Assembly: GCA_951406725.2 (NCBI GenBank)
Contig: OX597830.1
Location: 35,340,001-35,404,000 of the forward strand
Source: Octopus vulgaris
Lineage: Eukaryota
DNA: 64,000 nt
Direction: 5' to 3'
The translations under genes and the position numbers were made by a program. Below the pieces are notes generated by a model that was not told the DNA's origin, did not search any database, and saw only the letters and a program-made list of their open reading frames with translations. Shown here in pieces: positions 1 through 13,710 of the stretch (position 1 is its first letter; each line of letters opens with the position of its first letter).

Positions 1-138
1 TCGAATCCTGCCAGAGTTAATTGCAGCTTCCTGTCTCCTGGGATGAAAGGAATGAGAATTGCTGGTGTGAAATCCTTTTAATCGACTTTACCTCACCAGC
101 AAATTATGTTTTATTGTTACATAGTTAGAATCATCAAC

Positions 139-320
<182 letters not shown>

Positions 321-1571
321 TTCAGAAAATCCGCATCATCGTTGTGTCATCATTATCATCATTCTCAACATCAGCAGCTGCTGCTGTTGTAGCATTGTTT
401 TCTCACTGAAACTTGATCTTTGCTTACCTCCCCTGTGAACAACATCAGGTAATTAAAGTTGAACTGTGTGTGTGTGTGTGTTTCTTTTTTTTTTCACTCT
501 TGTGAAAATAAATAAATAAATATATAAATAAACAAATAAATAAGACAAGAAAATCCGACATTTTGTATTTTGCTGTTTAAAAAGAAAATAATTATCATCA
601 CTATCATCATCATCAGCAGCAGCAGCAGCAACAGCAGAAATAACAAAACAACAAATAGAGTCGGAGCAACAACAGCAGCAACGATAACAAGAACAACAGC
701 AAACGAAATGAAATTAAGTAATTGCTGTTCTATTGTTTGTTTCCGTATTCATGCTAGAAATTGAAAACTATTAGTTACTCTGTTTGAATTCTATCTTAAC
801 ACATCAAGTTCAATTCCACCTCCCGGCATTATCACTCCTACATCACTACCACTGCAATCACCACCACCATCACAACAACAGCAACAACAACAACGAAAGC
901 TCGTATTTGTATTTATTTTCATTTGTTTTACCTCCTTTTTTTTATATATTTTGGCTTTCATTTGTTATTTGGGTTTTCTTTTGTCATTTCGGGTGAACCA
1001 GGAAAAGTTGTGAAAATGTTATAAATAGATCAGTATCTGTCTTAGCTCTGCCACATTCTTTGCTCTTCGAAATTGCGGCAAGTTGTGAAAATCTCATAAC
1101 TAGATCTTTATCATTCTTCACCTCTGACATTACTCTATACTTTTCAGAAATAGTGGCAAATATTATTTACTTAATCTCATCAACACATACTCTTCGTATT
1201 TTTGCTTGTTTTATTTCGACATTTTTATCGTCGTCATCATCGCAGTTGATGTTGTTGTTGTTTTTTATAAACTTGGCTGATTTTTCATTACCTCAATTCT
1301 TTAAATTAGCGTTTTCTTTCAAAAAATTTTTTAAAAATAAGGAAAAAAATCGACATATTAATAAAAAATGACTTCTTGTATCGCAAATGTAACATAATAT
1401 TTTAATAAGCTTTTTAAATGCATTTAAGATTATACAGAAAATTAAGAAAAAATAATAATAAAATTAAATACAAATGGCAGTAAAAACATCTTTTAAAAAA
1501 TGTAGTGAAATTACTGAAATCAACGAATATTTGTAAACTGAAAATTAATATGTATTTACAAGCGTGTATAG

Positions 1572-1579
1572 ATACATAC

Positions 1580-1674
<95 letters not shown>

Positions 1675-1934
1675 TATATATATATATATGTGTGTGTGTG
1701 TATGTATGTATGTAAAGTGTACAGAATTTTGTGTGTGTTTATGAGAGTATACGTATATGATGGTGTGTGCATAACAGCTTTAACAAGAGAACGTCATTAT
1801 ATTTTTAAGTTCAGATGATCATATATGCAAATAAATGTGAACGGAAGCATGTATGTATATATGCGTGTGTAAGTATATGCATGTGCGAGTGTGTCAGCAT
1901 ATGTGTGCTTGTATACGTGAACATATATTTAGGC

Positions 1935-1983
<49 letters not shown>

Positions 1984-2531
1984 TTGACAGATAGATAGAT
2001 AGATATATATATGCACATACATATATACATAATATATACATATATATAGAGCTATATTTACGTATACATTAATTTTCACAAACAGGTATATATATGTGTG
2101 TGTGTATAAAGGTATACGCATATGTGTATATCTATGAATGCATATGTGTATACATGCACACATAAAATTAGTTGAATGTATGCGTATATGTGTGCATATG
2201 TTCATGTACGTGTGCTTAAGCAGCTTAGATGCGATTGAGTTACGTGTTATGTGTTATGTGATAAGTAATGCGTGTGTGTGTGCGCCTAAGTGTATGTGGG
2301 TGTGTGTGTGTGTGAGGAGCGAGTTTGAGGTGCGTGTATGAGTATACAGTATGGAAGCACAAAAAGTACATAACTATTTATTCACAAGGTCTGTATAAGA
2401 AATGTTAAGCTAATCAGAATCATATAAAATAAACTGGCAATTTGATAAACAGGCAAGAAAAGAACTGAGGGAGAGAAGCCGAAAAAATACTATACATAAA
2501 TATACATACATACATACATACATACACACGC

Positions 2532-2577
<46 letters not shown>

Positions 2578-2855
2578 GTGTCGGTGTGTGTGTATATATA
2601 GAGATATGTATGTATATGTAAATATATATTTATATATATATATATGTGTGTGTGTGTATAGATGTATGTATATATATATACATATATACATACACTTATA
2701 CATATATATACATATATATATATATATATGAATATATCTATATAGATACACAAGTTATATGTTATATATGTAATATATGTAAATATACATCAATTTACAT
2801 ATATGCATACGTACATATATATATATATATATTCAAATGTGTATATAAATACACG

Positions 2856-2944
<89 letters not shown>

Positions 2945-3464
2945 CTCACATACATACACTCATGCACCTACACATGCACGAATATATATATATATGCTGT
3001 TTGAAATTAATGCTTTATAAATATAACAGCCATGTAAATATAATGTAGATTAACGCTTAAATTGTAAGACGCCAGTGCGCTAGACATTACGCAGATTGAT
3101 AGGAAGAATTAACTAATCCTATAAAACAGGTATGACTGTGTGTATCCATACATACGTTAGAGAGTGTTAACTTGTGTGAGTCAATGTGTGTGCGTGTGTG
3201 TGTGTATGTGGGTGTGGGTGGATGGGTGGATGTGCTTGATTGTTGCCTTTTTAATTTAGTTAGAAAATTAAATACAGAAATATATGCATATTATCACATT
3301 ATCCAGTACCACTTTGCACTAACGAAATTATCTGCCAGTTGCTTCGTTCTTTCACGTGTGCTGTATATGTATACGTAGGTATGCATATATGCAAATATAT
3401 ATCTATATATATGTGTATGTGTGTGTGTTTAGTGTATTAACACACACATATATATATATATGTA

Positions 3465-3531
<67 letters not shown>

Positions 3532-3893
3532 GTGTGTGTATGTATGTATGTATGGATGGATGGATGCATGCATGTGTGTATGTATAAACATGTGTTTATA
3601 TATTTGAGAAATATTTAACTATTTAAATATACTCGTATATATGCATAACCATATGTATACATATGCGTGTATACATATATATATATACATATATATATAC
3701 ACAAACACATATATATGTATACATATGCATATGTAAATATATATATATAGTGTATATATATATATATATATATATATATGCATAGACATATACACACACA
3801 CATATATATACATACATATATATATATAAATATATATATACATACACAAACACACACACTCACATATCCGTGTGTGTGTGTGTGTGCGTTTGT

Positions 3894-3925
<32 letters not shown>

Positions 3926-4062
3926 CATGCTATAAGAATGTGAAAGCGGGAGTTGAAGAAATGGAGAAACAGAATTTAGTTAACAGGTGTTATATATATA
4001 TACAATTAACAAGTTTTTACTATGACAATAGCAACACATTTAACAACAATAACAACAACATC

Positions 4063-4098
<36 letters not shown>

Positions 4099-4541
4099 TA
4101 TATATATTTAATCCATTAAACATAACATCTAACACCCAGACACACACTCTGGAACATACGCACCTCCACACATTCATATACACACACACATGTACACATA
4201 CATGCTGATACCTAAATTGATATATATATATATATATGTGTGTGTTTGCGTGCACATGTTTATAAATACACTTCACAATTACAACTTGCATTATCTTGTT
4301 CACTCTCCTGTTTCTGACACTGCCCCCTCTTCTCTCTCTCTCTCCCTCTCTCTCTTTCTCTTTCTGTCTTTCTCTCACTCTTTAACTCGTCTCCCACTCG
4401 TTCTCTCCTTTTATGTTTATCTATCTGTCTCTGTCACTTTTTATCATTCTCATTACATTATATATCTTCCACTTTGTTTCACTCAGTCACCTTGTCTGAC
4501 TTGATCACACTATATATTTTACTCTATCTCCATCTCTCTCT

Positions 4542-4578
<37 letters not shown>

Positions 4579-4805
4579 TCCTTTTGTTCTGCTTATTTTA
4601 CCTCTCGCTTCTCTGCATCTCTCCTATTCATTAGTATCTGAGTGTCTTTCTTATTCTCTTTCACTTTCAATCTACCTACATATCTATCTACATATCTGTC
4701 TATCTATCTATCAATCTATCTATCTATCTATCTATTTGTCTGTCTATGTATCTGTTCCCTTATTTTTACTCTATATCTATCTTTCTATCTATCTGTCTCA
4801 CTTAA

Positions 4806-4878
<73 letters not shown>

Positions 4879-4955
4879 GTCTATCTATCCATCCAGCCTT
4901 CCATCCATCCGTTCATCCATCCATCCAACTATCTATCTATCTATCTATCTATCTT

Positions 4956-5053
<98 letters not shown>

Positions 5054-5206
5054 ACTCACAAATGCACTATTTTTCTGTATGGATTATCGTCAGCTCTCGT
5101 TAATCTCTTCCTCCCTCTCTCTGTTTCCCTCCTGTTCACTCTTTCTCTCTCTCACCCTTTCTCTCTCTCACGTTCTCTCACTTTCGTTCTCTCACGTTCT
5201 CTCACT

Positions 5207-5253
<47 letters not shown>

Positions 5254-5344
5254 GCTCTTCGTAATCTCCTATCATCTTTATATTTCTTTCCTGTTTACCG
5301 AATCCATATTCCATACACCTCCCTCTCTCTCTCTTATAATCCTT

Positions 5345-5381
<37 letters not shown>

Positions 5382-5690
5382 ATCCTTCGTCTCTGTCTGT
5401 CTGTCTCTCTCTCTCCTATTATCCTTAGTCTCTTTCTATCTCTCCCTCACTCTCTCTTATTCTCTCCCTCCTTCTCACACTCTCTTTCCGTCTTATTGCC
5501 AATATTCTTCCTGCTCCCCCTCTCCCTTTTTGCCTCTCTCTCTCTCTCTGTCTCACTCTCTCTCTCAGTGCCTCTCTCTCTCTCACTGCCTCTCTCTCTC
5601 TCTACATCTCTCTTTCCCTCTCTGCCGCTCTCTCTTTCTTTTCGATCTCTTTCTCTTCCTGTCTCCCTCCTTCTCTCCCTCTCTCTCCTA
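1572..5690. repeat. Compound microsatellite field: (TA)n, (TG)n, (CATA)n, (TATC)n, (CT)n
   Basis: Directly visible runs, e.g. (TA)n 1593-1688, (TATC)n 4805-5050, (CT)n 5212-5250. Confidence 0.95.
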
Positions 5691-6580
5691 GTGGTTCGCC
5701 ATTAATTTAAGTAGAACGTTTGACAAATACTGAAAACAAATTAAGTTTGGTGGGGTTTTTTTTGCTGTGGTGGTGTTGGGTAATATATTTCAAAACATTT
5801 TACATTGTTTAATTGCGTCTGTTTTATTTGTTTCATTCAAATTCTATTCTTTGTTTCGTTTCCTATATATATATATATATATATCATACAGGCATACATA
5901 CATATATATATATAAATTTGAATATATCTTGAACGACTTCGTATAGTTTCTGTGGAGACAATTAAAATTAGATTAAAATTATTACAATTTGTTTATCTAT
6001 TTATTCATATATGTATTTCGTACATGGAAGACAAAACAGATGCCATTAGAATGAAGAAACACACGGATTTGAAACACTCTTGACAACTTTCGAAAAAAAC
6101 AAAATGGCCTATTTTTATACGTAATTTTTCTTCTTGCTGTCGAATGCCGTTCATGTTGTTGCTAGATATCTTGAGTTTCATTTGTGTTTTGTCTTGATAT
6201 GTGTTATTTGTTTCACGATTCCTGTAATTGTTTTCTCCAATGTTAATTGTTATTATTAATTCCTTTCTTCTTCGAATTGATGTTCTTGTATTTGTACTCA
6301 TTATCATTGTATTGTTCTTGTTGTTCTTGTTGTTATTGTACGGCAGCTTATTTTCCTTCTTTTACAAGTTTCTGCGAAGATTATCTTTGTTAAGATGTAA
6401 TAATTGTCAGTAATACAGCTATTGTATTGTGTTTTTTGCATTTTGTTTTATTTCGTTTTTTCTATAAGTATAGTGTAAGCATATATATATACACACGACT
6501 GAAGAATGAAGGCTCTGAATTACTGTCCGTTTTTCCGTGTCTGTCAATTCGTGAATTTCACGTTCTTTATATATAAGTTT

Positions 6581-6669
<89 letters not shown>

Positions 6670-6677
6670 TATATATA

Positions 6678-6845
6678 GGCGTAGGATTGGCTGTGTGGTA
6701 TGTTGCTTGCTTACGAACCACATGGCTCCGGATTCACTCCCACTGCGTGGCACCTTGGGCAAGCGTATTCTACTATAGCCTCGGGCCGACCAAAGCCTTG
6801 TGAGTGGATCTGGTAGACGGAAACTGAAAACCCGTCGTATATATG

Positions 6846-6904
<59 letters not shown>
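6678..6904 (+). mobile_element. tRNA-derived SINE family A, 5' half ending in its internal (TA)/(TG) tract
   Basis: Matches intact copies at 12865 and 30469 (ggcgtaggattggctgtgtggt...ccactgcgtggcaccttgggcaag...gtagacggaaactgaa); A/B-box-like motifs. Confidence 0.9.
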
Positions 6905-6906
<2 letters not shown>

Positions 6907-7129
6907 GCTCGTGACTTAGTGGTTAGAGTGTTAGCTTCATGATCGTAAGATTGTGGTTTCGATTCCTAGACCGGGCGACGCGTTGTATTCATGAGCAAAA
7001 CACTTCTTTTCACGTTGCTCCAGTCCAGTAATGCTGTGATGGACTGGCGTCCCGTCCAGCTGGGGAGCACATACGCCATTGAAACCGGGAAAGTGGGCCC
7101 ACGAGCCTGGTTAGGCTGTAAAAGGGCAC

Positions 7130-7131
<2 letters not shown>
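6905..7131 (+). mobile_element. tRNA-derived SINE, head type H2 + tail type T1
   Basis: Head (tagtggttagag...gtttcgattcc...ttcacgttgctccagtcca) shared with 43444 and 59287; tail (gatggactggcgtcccgtccagctgggg...tacgccattgaaaccggg) shared with 21056 and 31310. Confidence 0.85.
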
Positions 7132-7177
<46 letters not shown>

Positions 7178-7262
7178 TACACTTTCTTTGCTCATTGTAT
7201 AGGCAGTAGTCAGAAAAGCTCAGATAAAAGCCGCGAGACGCAAACGCATATATATATATATA

Positions 7263-7495
7263 TAGGGTTGGCCAATAGTCACCTGGCAGTAAATCAAAAC
7301 CATTTAATTCCAAGATTTATTTAAGTTTAACAACTGAATACATTTAATAAAGGCATCGAAAAATGAAACATCAGGAAAATTGTTCAAACTGAAGTCCTTC
7401 TTGAGCGACACATTTTCCCATTCGAATCAATACAGAAATACAGATAGTATTTATGGAAGTTTGATTTACTGTTGGGTGACTTTTGGCCAACACTG
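7263..7495 (-). mobile_element. Internally deleted Tc1/mariner-type element (MITE)
   Basis: ~36-bp imperfect TIRs (tagggttggccaatagtcacctggcagtaaatcaaa / tttgatttactgttgggtgacttttggccaacactg), TA on both sides; minus strand keeps a transposase-like C-terminus RMGKCVAQEGLQFEQFS*. Confidence 0.8.
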
Positions 7496-7888
7496 TATAC
7501 GTACATACATACCTTCGAATGTGCACACACATGCACGCGCTCGCAGATAGGCGTTCTAAACACATTTCCTGGTTCGCTACCTCAAATGCTCCCTTATAGG
7601 ATCCTGTGGATAAAGACATCATCAAGAGGAACCACGTCTGATTTTTGTCCCCTATTCCTCTATCGTTTCCGACGTGACGGGTTTCCCCCTTTTTGGAGGT
7701 GCCTTCAGCTCTGGTGTTGGGTGCATTTCTTTTTTTTTTCCTTTTTTTCTTTTGTTCTTTAGTTTTTGTTGTTTTTTTTCGATGCAGCGTCAACAAATGT
7801 CAGCGGGCGAATAACCCACCTGCCAAATTTCCCTTTAAATACTCACCGGCAGCCAGCACCAGCTAACTGTCACGTGACACTGTGCATG

Positions 7889-7971
<83 letters not shown>

Positions 7972-7974
7972 ATA

Positions 7975-8152
7975 GTTAATAAACATGAACAAAGAGAAAA
8001 CACAAGTGAGGGCGTGGAATAAGTACAGTGTTATTGAACGTTCAGGAAAGGAAAGATGGAAGGAGGACATCATGTTTCGAGCTGAGCTCTTCGTCGGAAA
8101 TATAGAGTAAGTCCAAAAGAAGGGAAGACGGCGACAAAAAATCTCCAACGAT
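7975..8152 (-). mobile_element. Non-autonomous Penelope-like repeat (family G) with degenerate hammerhead motif
   Basis: Homologous to 8729-8940; minus strand reads tttccgacgaagagctcagctcgaaacatg. Confidence 0.7.
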
Positions 8153-8162
8153 AGGGGCAGGC

Positions 8163-8720
8163 ATAGCTGTGTATTAAGAAATTTAATTCCCAGCAACATG
8201 GTGACCTTCCACTATGGCTTCAGGCAAAACCCTATGATGGAAGCTGAAATATTATTTATGTGCATGATGTTGTCTGTTTCAGTACACCCACACCTTTCAA
8301 GAGCAGCTGGTGCGTTTACCTCCCTGAAACTTAGCGGCTCGAGTAAAGATCGATAAAATTCTTCAAGACGGTACCCGAGCATGGCTACAGTCTAATGTTT
8401 GAAAGAGCAGTGTGGTAAGAAGCTTTCCTCTCAAACGGTGTTTTCTACCATAGCCTTGGGGCAACCAAAGCCTTGTGAGTGGACTTGGTGGACGGAAACT
8501 GAAAGAAGTCCGTCATAGGTGTGTGTGTGTGTCTGTGTGTGTGTGTGTATGTATGTGTGTGTGTGTGTGTGTGTGCGCATATATGTGTCAGTGTATCAGT
8601 GTTTGTTCCCCCACTACCACTTGACAACCGATGCTGGTATAAATAGCAGTTTGGCAAAAGATACTGATACTATAAGTACCAGACTTAAAACAGAGTACTG
8701 GGAGTCATTCATTCGATCAA
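8163..8720 (+). mobile_element. Two adjacent degenerate family A SINE copies
   Basis: Recognisable blocks (caaagccttgtgagtgga...acggaaactgaaagaag; ttgacaaccgatgctggt; acttagcgg) with deletions. Confidence 0.7.
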
Positions 8721-8728
8721 ATTCCTAT

Positions 8729-8940
8729 GTATAGTTGATCCAAACAAGAAAGCACAAAAAACACAACAACGCGAGGACGTGGAACAAATATAGTATTATT
8801 GGACGCTCAGGAAAGAAGGAAAGAAGGCGAGTTTAACGTTTCGAGCGGAGCTCTTCGTCGGAAACATAGGAGAAGGAAAGATCCAGAGAAGGGAAGATAG
8901 AGGAAAAAAATCGCCAACGGTACACACGCGGTCACATTTA
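8729..8940 (-). mobile_element. Non-autonomous Penelope-like repeat (family G)
   Basis: Second copy of 7975-8152; carries a hammerhead-like motif followed by ttcctgagcgtccaataat and a pyrimidine-rich tail. Confidence 0.7.
8831..8865 (-). ncRNA. Minimal type I hammerhead ribozyme motif, variant core CCGACGA
   Basis: Minus strand GUUU-CCGACGA-A-GAGC(UCC)GCUC-GAAA-C-GUU-AAAC: stem I GUUU/AAAC, stem II GAGC/GCUC, palindromic AACGUU stem III. Activity untested. Confidence 0.6.
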
Positions 8941-9127
8941 AGGTGAGTTTGAAGAGATAAATTATCCAGATGGTTACAGTGGTAGGTCTCAGGCATATTT
9001 CAGGTTAAGTCTAACCGCATCAAGTTGTAACGAGCGTCAATTGTCGCTTGGCATGGGCAATCCTGCTACAATTCTGATATGTAACTCCGTGTTCGCTTCA
9101 CTGGATTGTGTATGTTATTAAGAGTGT

Positions 9128-9412
9128 ATATTTCAAATTAGTAATAATAATATGTAAACTAGTACATCATCAAATTGCTTTTTTAATTTTAAGGTTTGTT
9201 TTACAGTATAATTTACTGGGTAAATTGACCTACACGTGTTTCTAATATATACACTATGTGCTGTTGCACATGAAGCTGAGCATAATTTTCTGTATAGTAG
9301 AAACACCTATAGATCAATTTGCCCAACAAAATACTCTGCAAGGCAAACGATAAGATTAAAAGAGCGTGTTGATGATGTATCATTTCCCGTATTCTTCATA
9401 ATTATTTAATAT
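9128..9412. mobile_element. Fold-back (palindromic) element, probably Penelope-derived
   Basis: Arms pair: tacatcatcaa/ttgatgatgta and tgggtaaattgacctacacgtgtttcta/tagaaacacctatagatcaatttgccca. Confidence 0.6.
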
Positions 9413-9512
9413 ATGTGTGCATTGCGTGAATGTTTGTGTATCGCTCAGACGTTGCGATACAAATAACCTGGTGTAGAACTCAATATACGCTGCCTCAGTA
9501 CAGAGCGGTAAT

Positions 9513-9794
9513 AAGAAAATGAGATGACAGATGAATAAATGATAATTTTATAGACTTCATTAGCTTACAGCTGTTTCTGATATGTAAGACAGTGGACTTG
9601 TGGTTGAATGCCAGAGTAACATCTTATAACTTCATCATGCAAATAAACTGCGCATGATATTCGCGGCTCCGCTGAAGTTAAATAGTGTTACTCGGGCACT
9701 AAACTATGAGTCCGAAACATCTTATTGTAGAAACAGCTGTAAAGAAAGGAAGTTCATAAGATGATCTTTTATTCCTTTGTCATCACATTTTCTT
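9513..9794. mobile_element. Fold-back (palindromic) element, probably Penelope-derived
   Basis: Arms pair: aagaaaatgagatgaca/tgtcatcacattttctt, ttacagctgtttct/agaaacagctgtaa, gagtaaca/tgttactc. Confidence 0.65.
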
Positions 9795-9796
9795 TT

Positions 9797-9856
<60 letters not shown>

Positions 9857-9922
9857 GCAGGCAGGCAGGCAGGCAGACAGACAGACTGACAGACAAAGCA
9901 TATAAAAAATAGATTGATAGAC

Positions 9923-9978
<56 letters not shown>

Positions 9979-10437
9979 TGAAAGATAGACAAACAGGCAG
10001 ATAGATTGATTAGATAGACAGAGAGATATATAAAAAGGGTGAGTGAGTGAGTGTGTGGATGAAAAACGTCGTGAGTGAATGACAAAGATAGGGAGACACA
10101 GAGAGATTTTAGCCAGTCCACATCAACAGGTGACTGGACTGCCCTTAATCAACTACTGCACACCACTTACGTACTGCTCCTTTGGAGCGTTGCCCAACAA
10201 CATATATGTGCGTATACATTTGTATGTGAGTGTGTACAAATGCGTGTATGTGTGTGTATGTGTTTGTGTGTGTGCTCACGTTAACATCGATATGTTTGTT
10301 TATATATATATGCTTAAGTATTGTATCATAATACATTCTATTGTCTTCTTACGAATTCTATGTAATTGTGATTTCGTATTCAGAAATTACCTTAATAGCA
10401 AATAAGTAAATTCTACTCACACATACACACACAAACA

Positions 10438-10487
<50 letters not shown>

Positions 10488-10560
10488 TTCGCACACACGC
10501 TTATAATGCATTCATATGCCTATTCACAATAATACATTCTTACATAGGCATATATGTACA

Positions 10561-10673
<113 letters not shown>

Positions 10674-10765
10674 GGAGAATACACAAAAAACTTATATATG
10701 TACATATATATATTATGTATGTATGTATGTATGCACGTAGATATATACATATACTATATACTATA

Positions 10766-10812
<47 letters not shown>

Positions 10813-12208
10813 CTCGTCATTGTCACTCTTTTTATTGTCACTTGATTCATTTATACATCATTTTCCTTGTTGATGTCATTATAGTTATATTCTTTTAATT
10901 ACCACAAATCTTTTCTCACTTCCTTTAATTTATCACTGCTGTGCTTCACAAGTCTTGCAAGATCTGCCGCTTTTTTTCTTTCTTTTTACTTCATCTTTTG
11001 TAAATTTTTCTGTTGCATCTTTTTTTTTTTTTTTTGAGGGGATTTATTTTTCTTCTTTGCATCTTCTACTTTTTGTATTGCATTGCAGCATCTTATTATA
11101 TTGTATTAAAGTATATCCAATTTCCTTTATAATCCTGAAATCACTTTTGTTCTAATATACATACATACATACATACATAATCATGCATAATTATATATAT
11201 ATATATATATACATATATGTATGTACTTGTCCTATATGCACACTTATATGCATCCTATTGTTTTTACGTCTTTCCGCGTTTCATTTCATTAGGAGTTCCT
11301 CCCTTTACTATTTAAATATATATTGTTATTTTCTTTTCAAAATGTGTTTTAATTTTTATTGCTTTCATTACCTATTTATCTATTGTAAATTCATTTATTT
11401 CATTACTTCTAATTCCATTTACTAATTTACTTGTTCACGATATATTACATTTATTTATTTATTTATTATATATTTGTTTATCATCTTATTTTGTCTTGTT
11501 GCTATGTTTTTGGATTTTTTTTTTTTTTGCTTTCTATGAGGCTTTCCTTTGTCTTTCTTGTTATTTTGCTAATTTCAGGCGACATATTTGTCGTCTTCAC
11601 TAGAATTCGGTTCCTCAAAAATCTTGCTAATAGACAATGGAGCCTGACAAATTAGTTTTGCTTTTCTATAGTTTTATATAGTTTTACAATTAACAAATGT
11701 TTTGTTGAAACAAATACTATTCTCTAGATCGCCTATCAATACAACACATAGAAACAATGGAAAATGTAGATTTTTTTTTAAATAATAGATTATAAAAACA
11801 ATGCGAAAACATTATTTTTGTTTATTTTCAAAGCTTTTCTGCTAAATTTCATATTGTTTAATCCAAAATAACATGTAGTTGGCATATATCATTTAGTTTT
11901 TCTAAATCTTCTAACGCATAGCAATTTCTCGTGTATTTAGTTTTTTTTCTGCTTTGTATATAATATTTGTGTCTTATTCTTTGGATTCTGATAGATTTGA
12001 AATAGCCCCAGTTTTCATGATGTGGTCTCAATCCATTACATGAAATGGTACCTTCTCGGAAATATACTTTGATTTGCATCCTGAATATTACATCTGTCTG
12101 TCTGTTTATCTGCTGTTCAACCAATCGATCTCTCTATAGATACTTGGATTAAGTTAGGTTAATCGATTTCTATCTATCAATCTATTTATGTTTATCAATC
12201 TCTCTGTG

Positions 12209-12254
<46 letters not shown>

Positions 12255-12721
12255 TACTCTCTCTCTCTCTCTCTCTCTCTCCCTTTCTCTTACTCTTTCT
12301 CTCTTTATCTCTCTTACTTTTCTGTCTTCTCTCATTTTCTCTCTCCTGAAATGCTTCATTTTATTTACACAAGAATATGTTGTCGTTTGCTTTTAAATTT
12401 CGTCCTTATAAAATTGAAGTAACAAAAGAACGACTTTACATCAAATATTATTTGCACCAACAATTACAACATGCTTTCAATAGATTCATTTCTTTACAAT
12501 TATACACATTCACAAAATAAAACTATATAACAACCCTTCAGTTCCCACCAGTCAATTCCCTACAAAATATTTCCTTTCATCTTACATAAACAAACCACTT
12601 CTTTAGTTCTTCGTTAATGACATGATGACTTCTGGTTTAGAGCAAAACACAATTGTTACATAAATACGTGTCTTCATACATACATAGATACACTAAAACC
12701 TGTATCTACATACATACATAC

Positions 12722-12832
12722 AAAAATACCCTGTTGTTAATGTTGAAATTCCAATGTAGAAGCTGTGGATCTAGGTTAGAAACCGGCTCTTTCTCTTTTG
12801 ACAAGAGATCTCGAAATAAAACTGAACAATGA
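12722..12832 (+). mobile_element. Short 3'-end fragment of a (CATA)n-associated non-LTR element
   Basis: 110-bp unique segment flanked on both sides by (CATA)n; ggttagaaaccggctc...caaga resembles the 3' UTR of the RLE fragment at 56559-56758. Confidence 0.45.
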
Positions 12833-12864
12833 CATACATACATACATACATACATACATACATG

Positions 12865-13272
12865 GGCGCAGGAGTGGCTGTGTGGTAAGTAGCTTGCTAA
12901 CCAACCACATGGTTCTGGGTTCAGTCCCACTGCGTGGCATCTTGGGCAAGTGTTCTCTGCTATAGCCCCGGGCCGACCAATGCCTTGTGAGTGGATTTGG
13001 TAGACGGAAACTGAAAGAAGCCTGTCGTATATATGTATATATATATGTGTGTATGTGTGTGTGTTTGTATGTGTGTATGTTTGTCCCCCTAGCATTGCTT
13101 GACAAACGATGCTGGTTTGTTTACGTCCCCGTCACTTAGCGGTTCGGCAAAAGAGACCGATAGAGTAAGTACTGGGCTTACAAATAATAAGTCCCGGGGT
13201 CGATTTGCTCGAGTAAAGGCGGTGCTCCAGCATGGTCGCAGTCAAATGACTGAAACAAGTAAAAGACTAAAA
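12865..13272 (+). mobile_element. Full-length tRNA-derived SINE family A
   Basis: A box (tggctgtgtgg), B box (ggttcagtcc), internal (TA)/(TG) tract, 3' end ggcggtgctccagcatgg..gcagtcaaatgactgaaacaagtaaaaga; near-identical to 16578-16981 and 30469-30908. Confidence 0.95.
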
Positions 13273-13299
13273 GAGAGGGAGAGAGTATACATACATACA

Positions 13300-13333
<34 letters not shown>

Positions 13334-13339
13334 CATGCA

Positions 13340-13373
<34 letters not shown>

Positions 13374-13710
13374 CATGCATACATACATACATACATACAT
13401 ACATACATACATACATACATACATACATACATACATACGTACATATATACATGCATACATACACAGTGGATAAATGTACCGTGCTTTATCTCAACAGCGT
13501 TAGTAACCTACAGTGTGAACACGGACATTATACATTGTGTGTCCATATTAAACATCTAAACTACACTCTCTTGGCTGACTGTCCCATATCTACACAACTG
13601 ACTCTGTTAGTTTGTTTTACGCCATGTTGTGCAAAAAGTTAATCAACATCGTAATGGCGTCACAAGAACCGTCAATTAGGTTTCCGCATACATCTTCTGT
13701 CTAATGCATG

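Noticed and set aside
423-435. Possible 5-nt minus-strand micro-exon (cag|GGGAG|gtaag)
   Set aside because: Weak pyrimidine tract, length not a multiple of 3, expected by chance in 64 kb.
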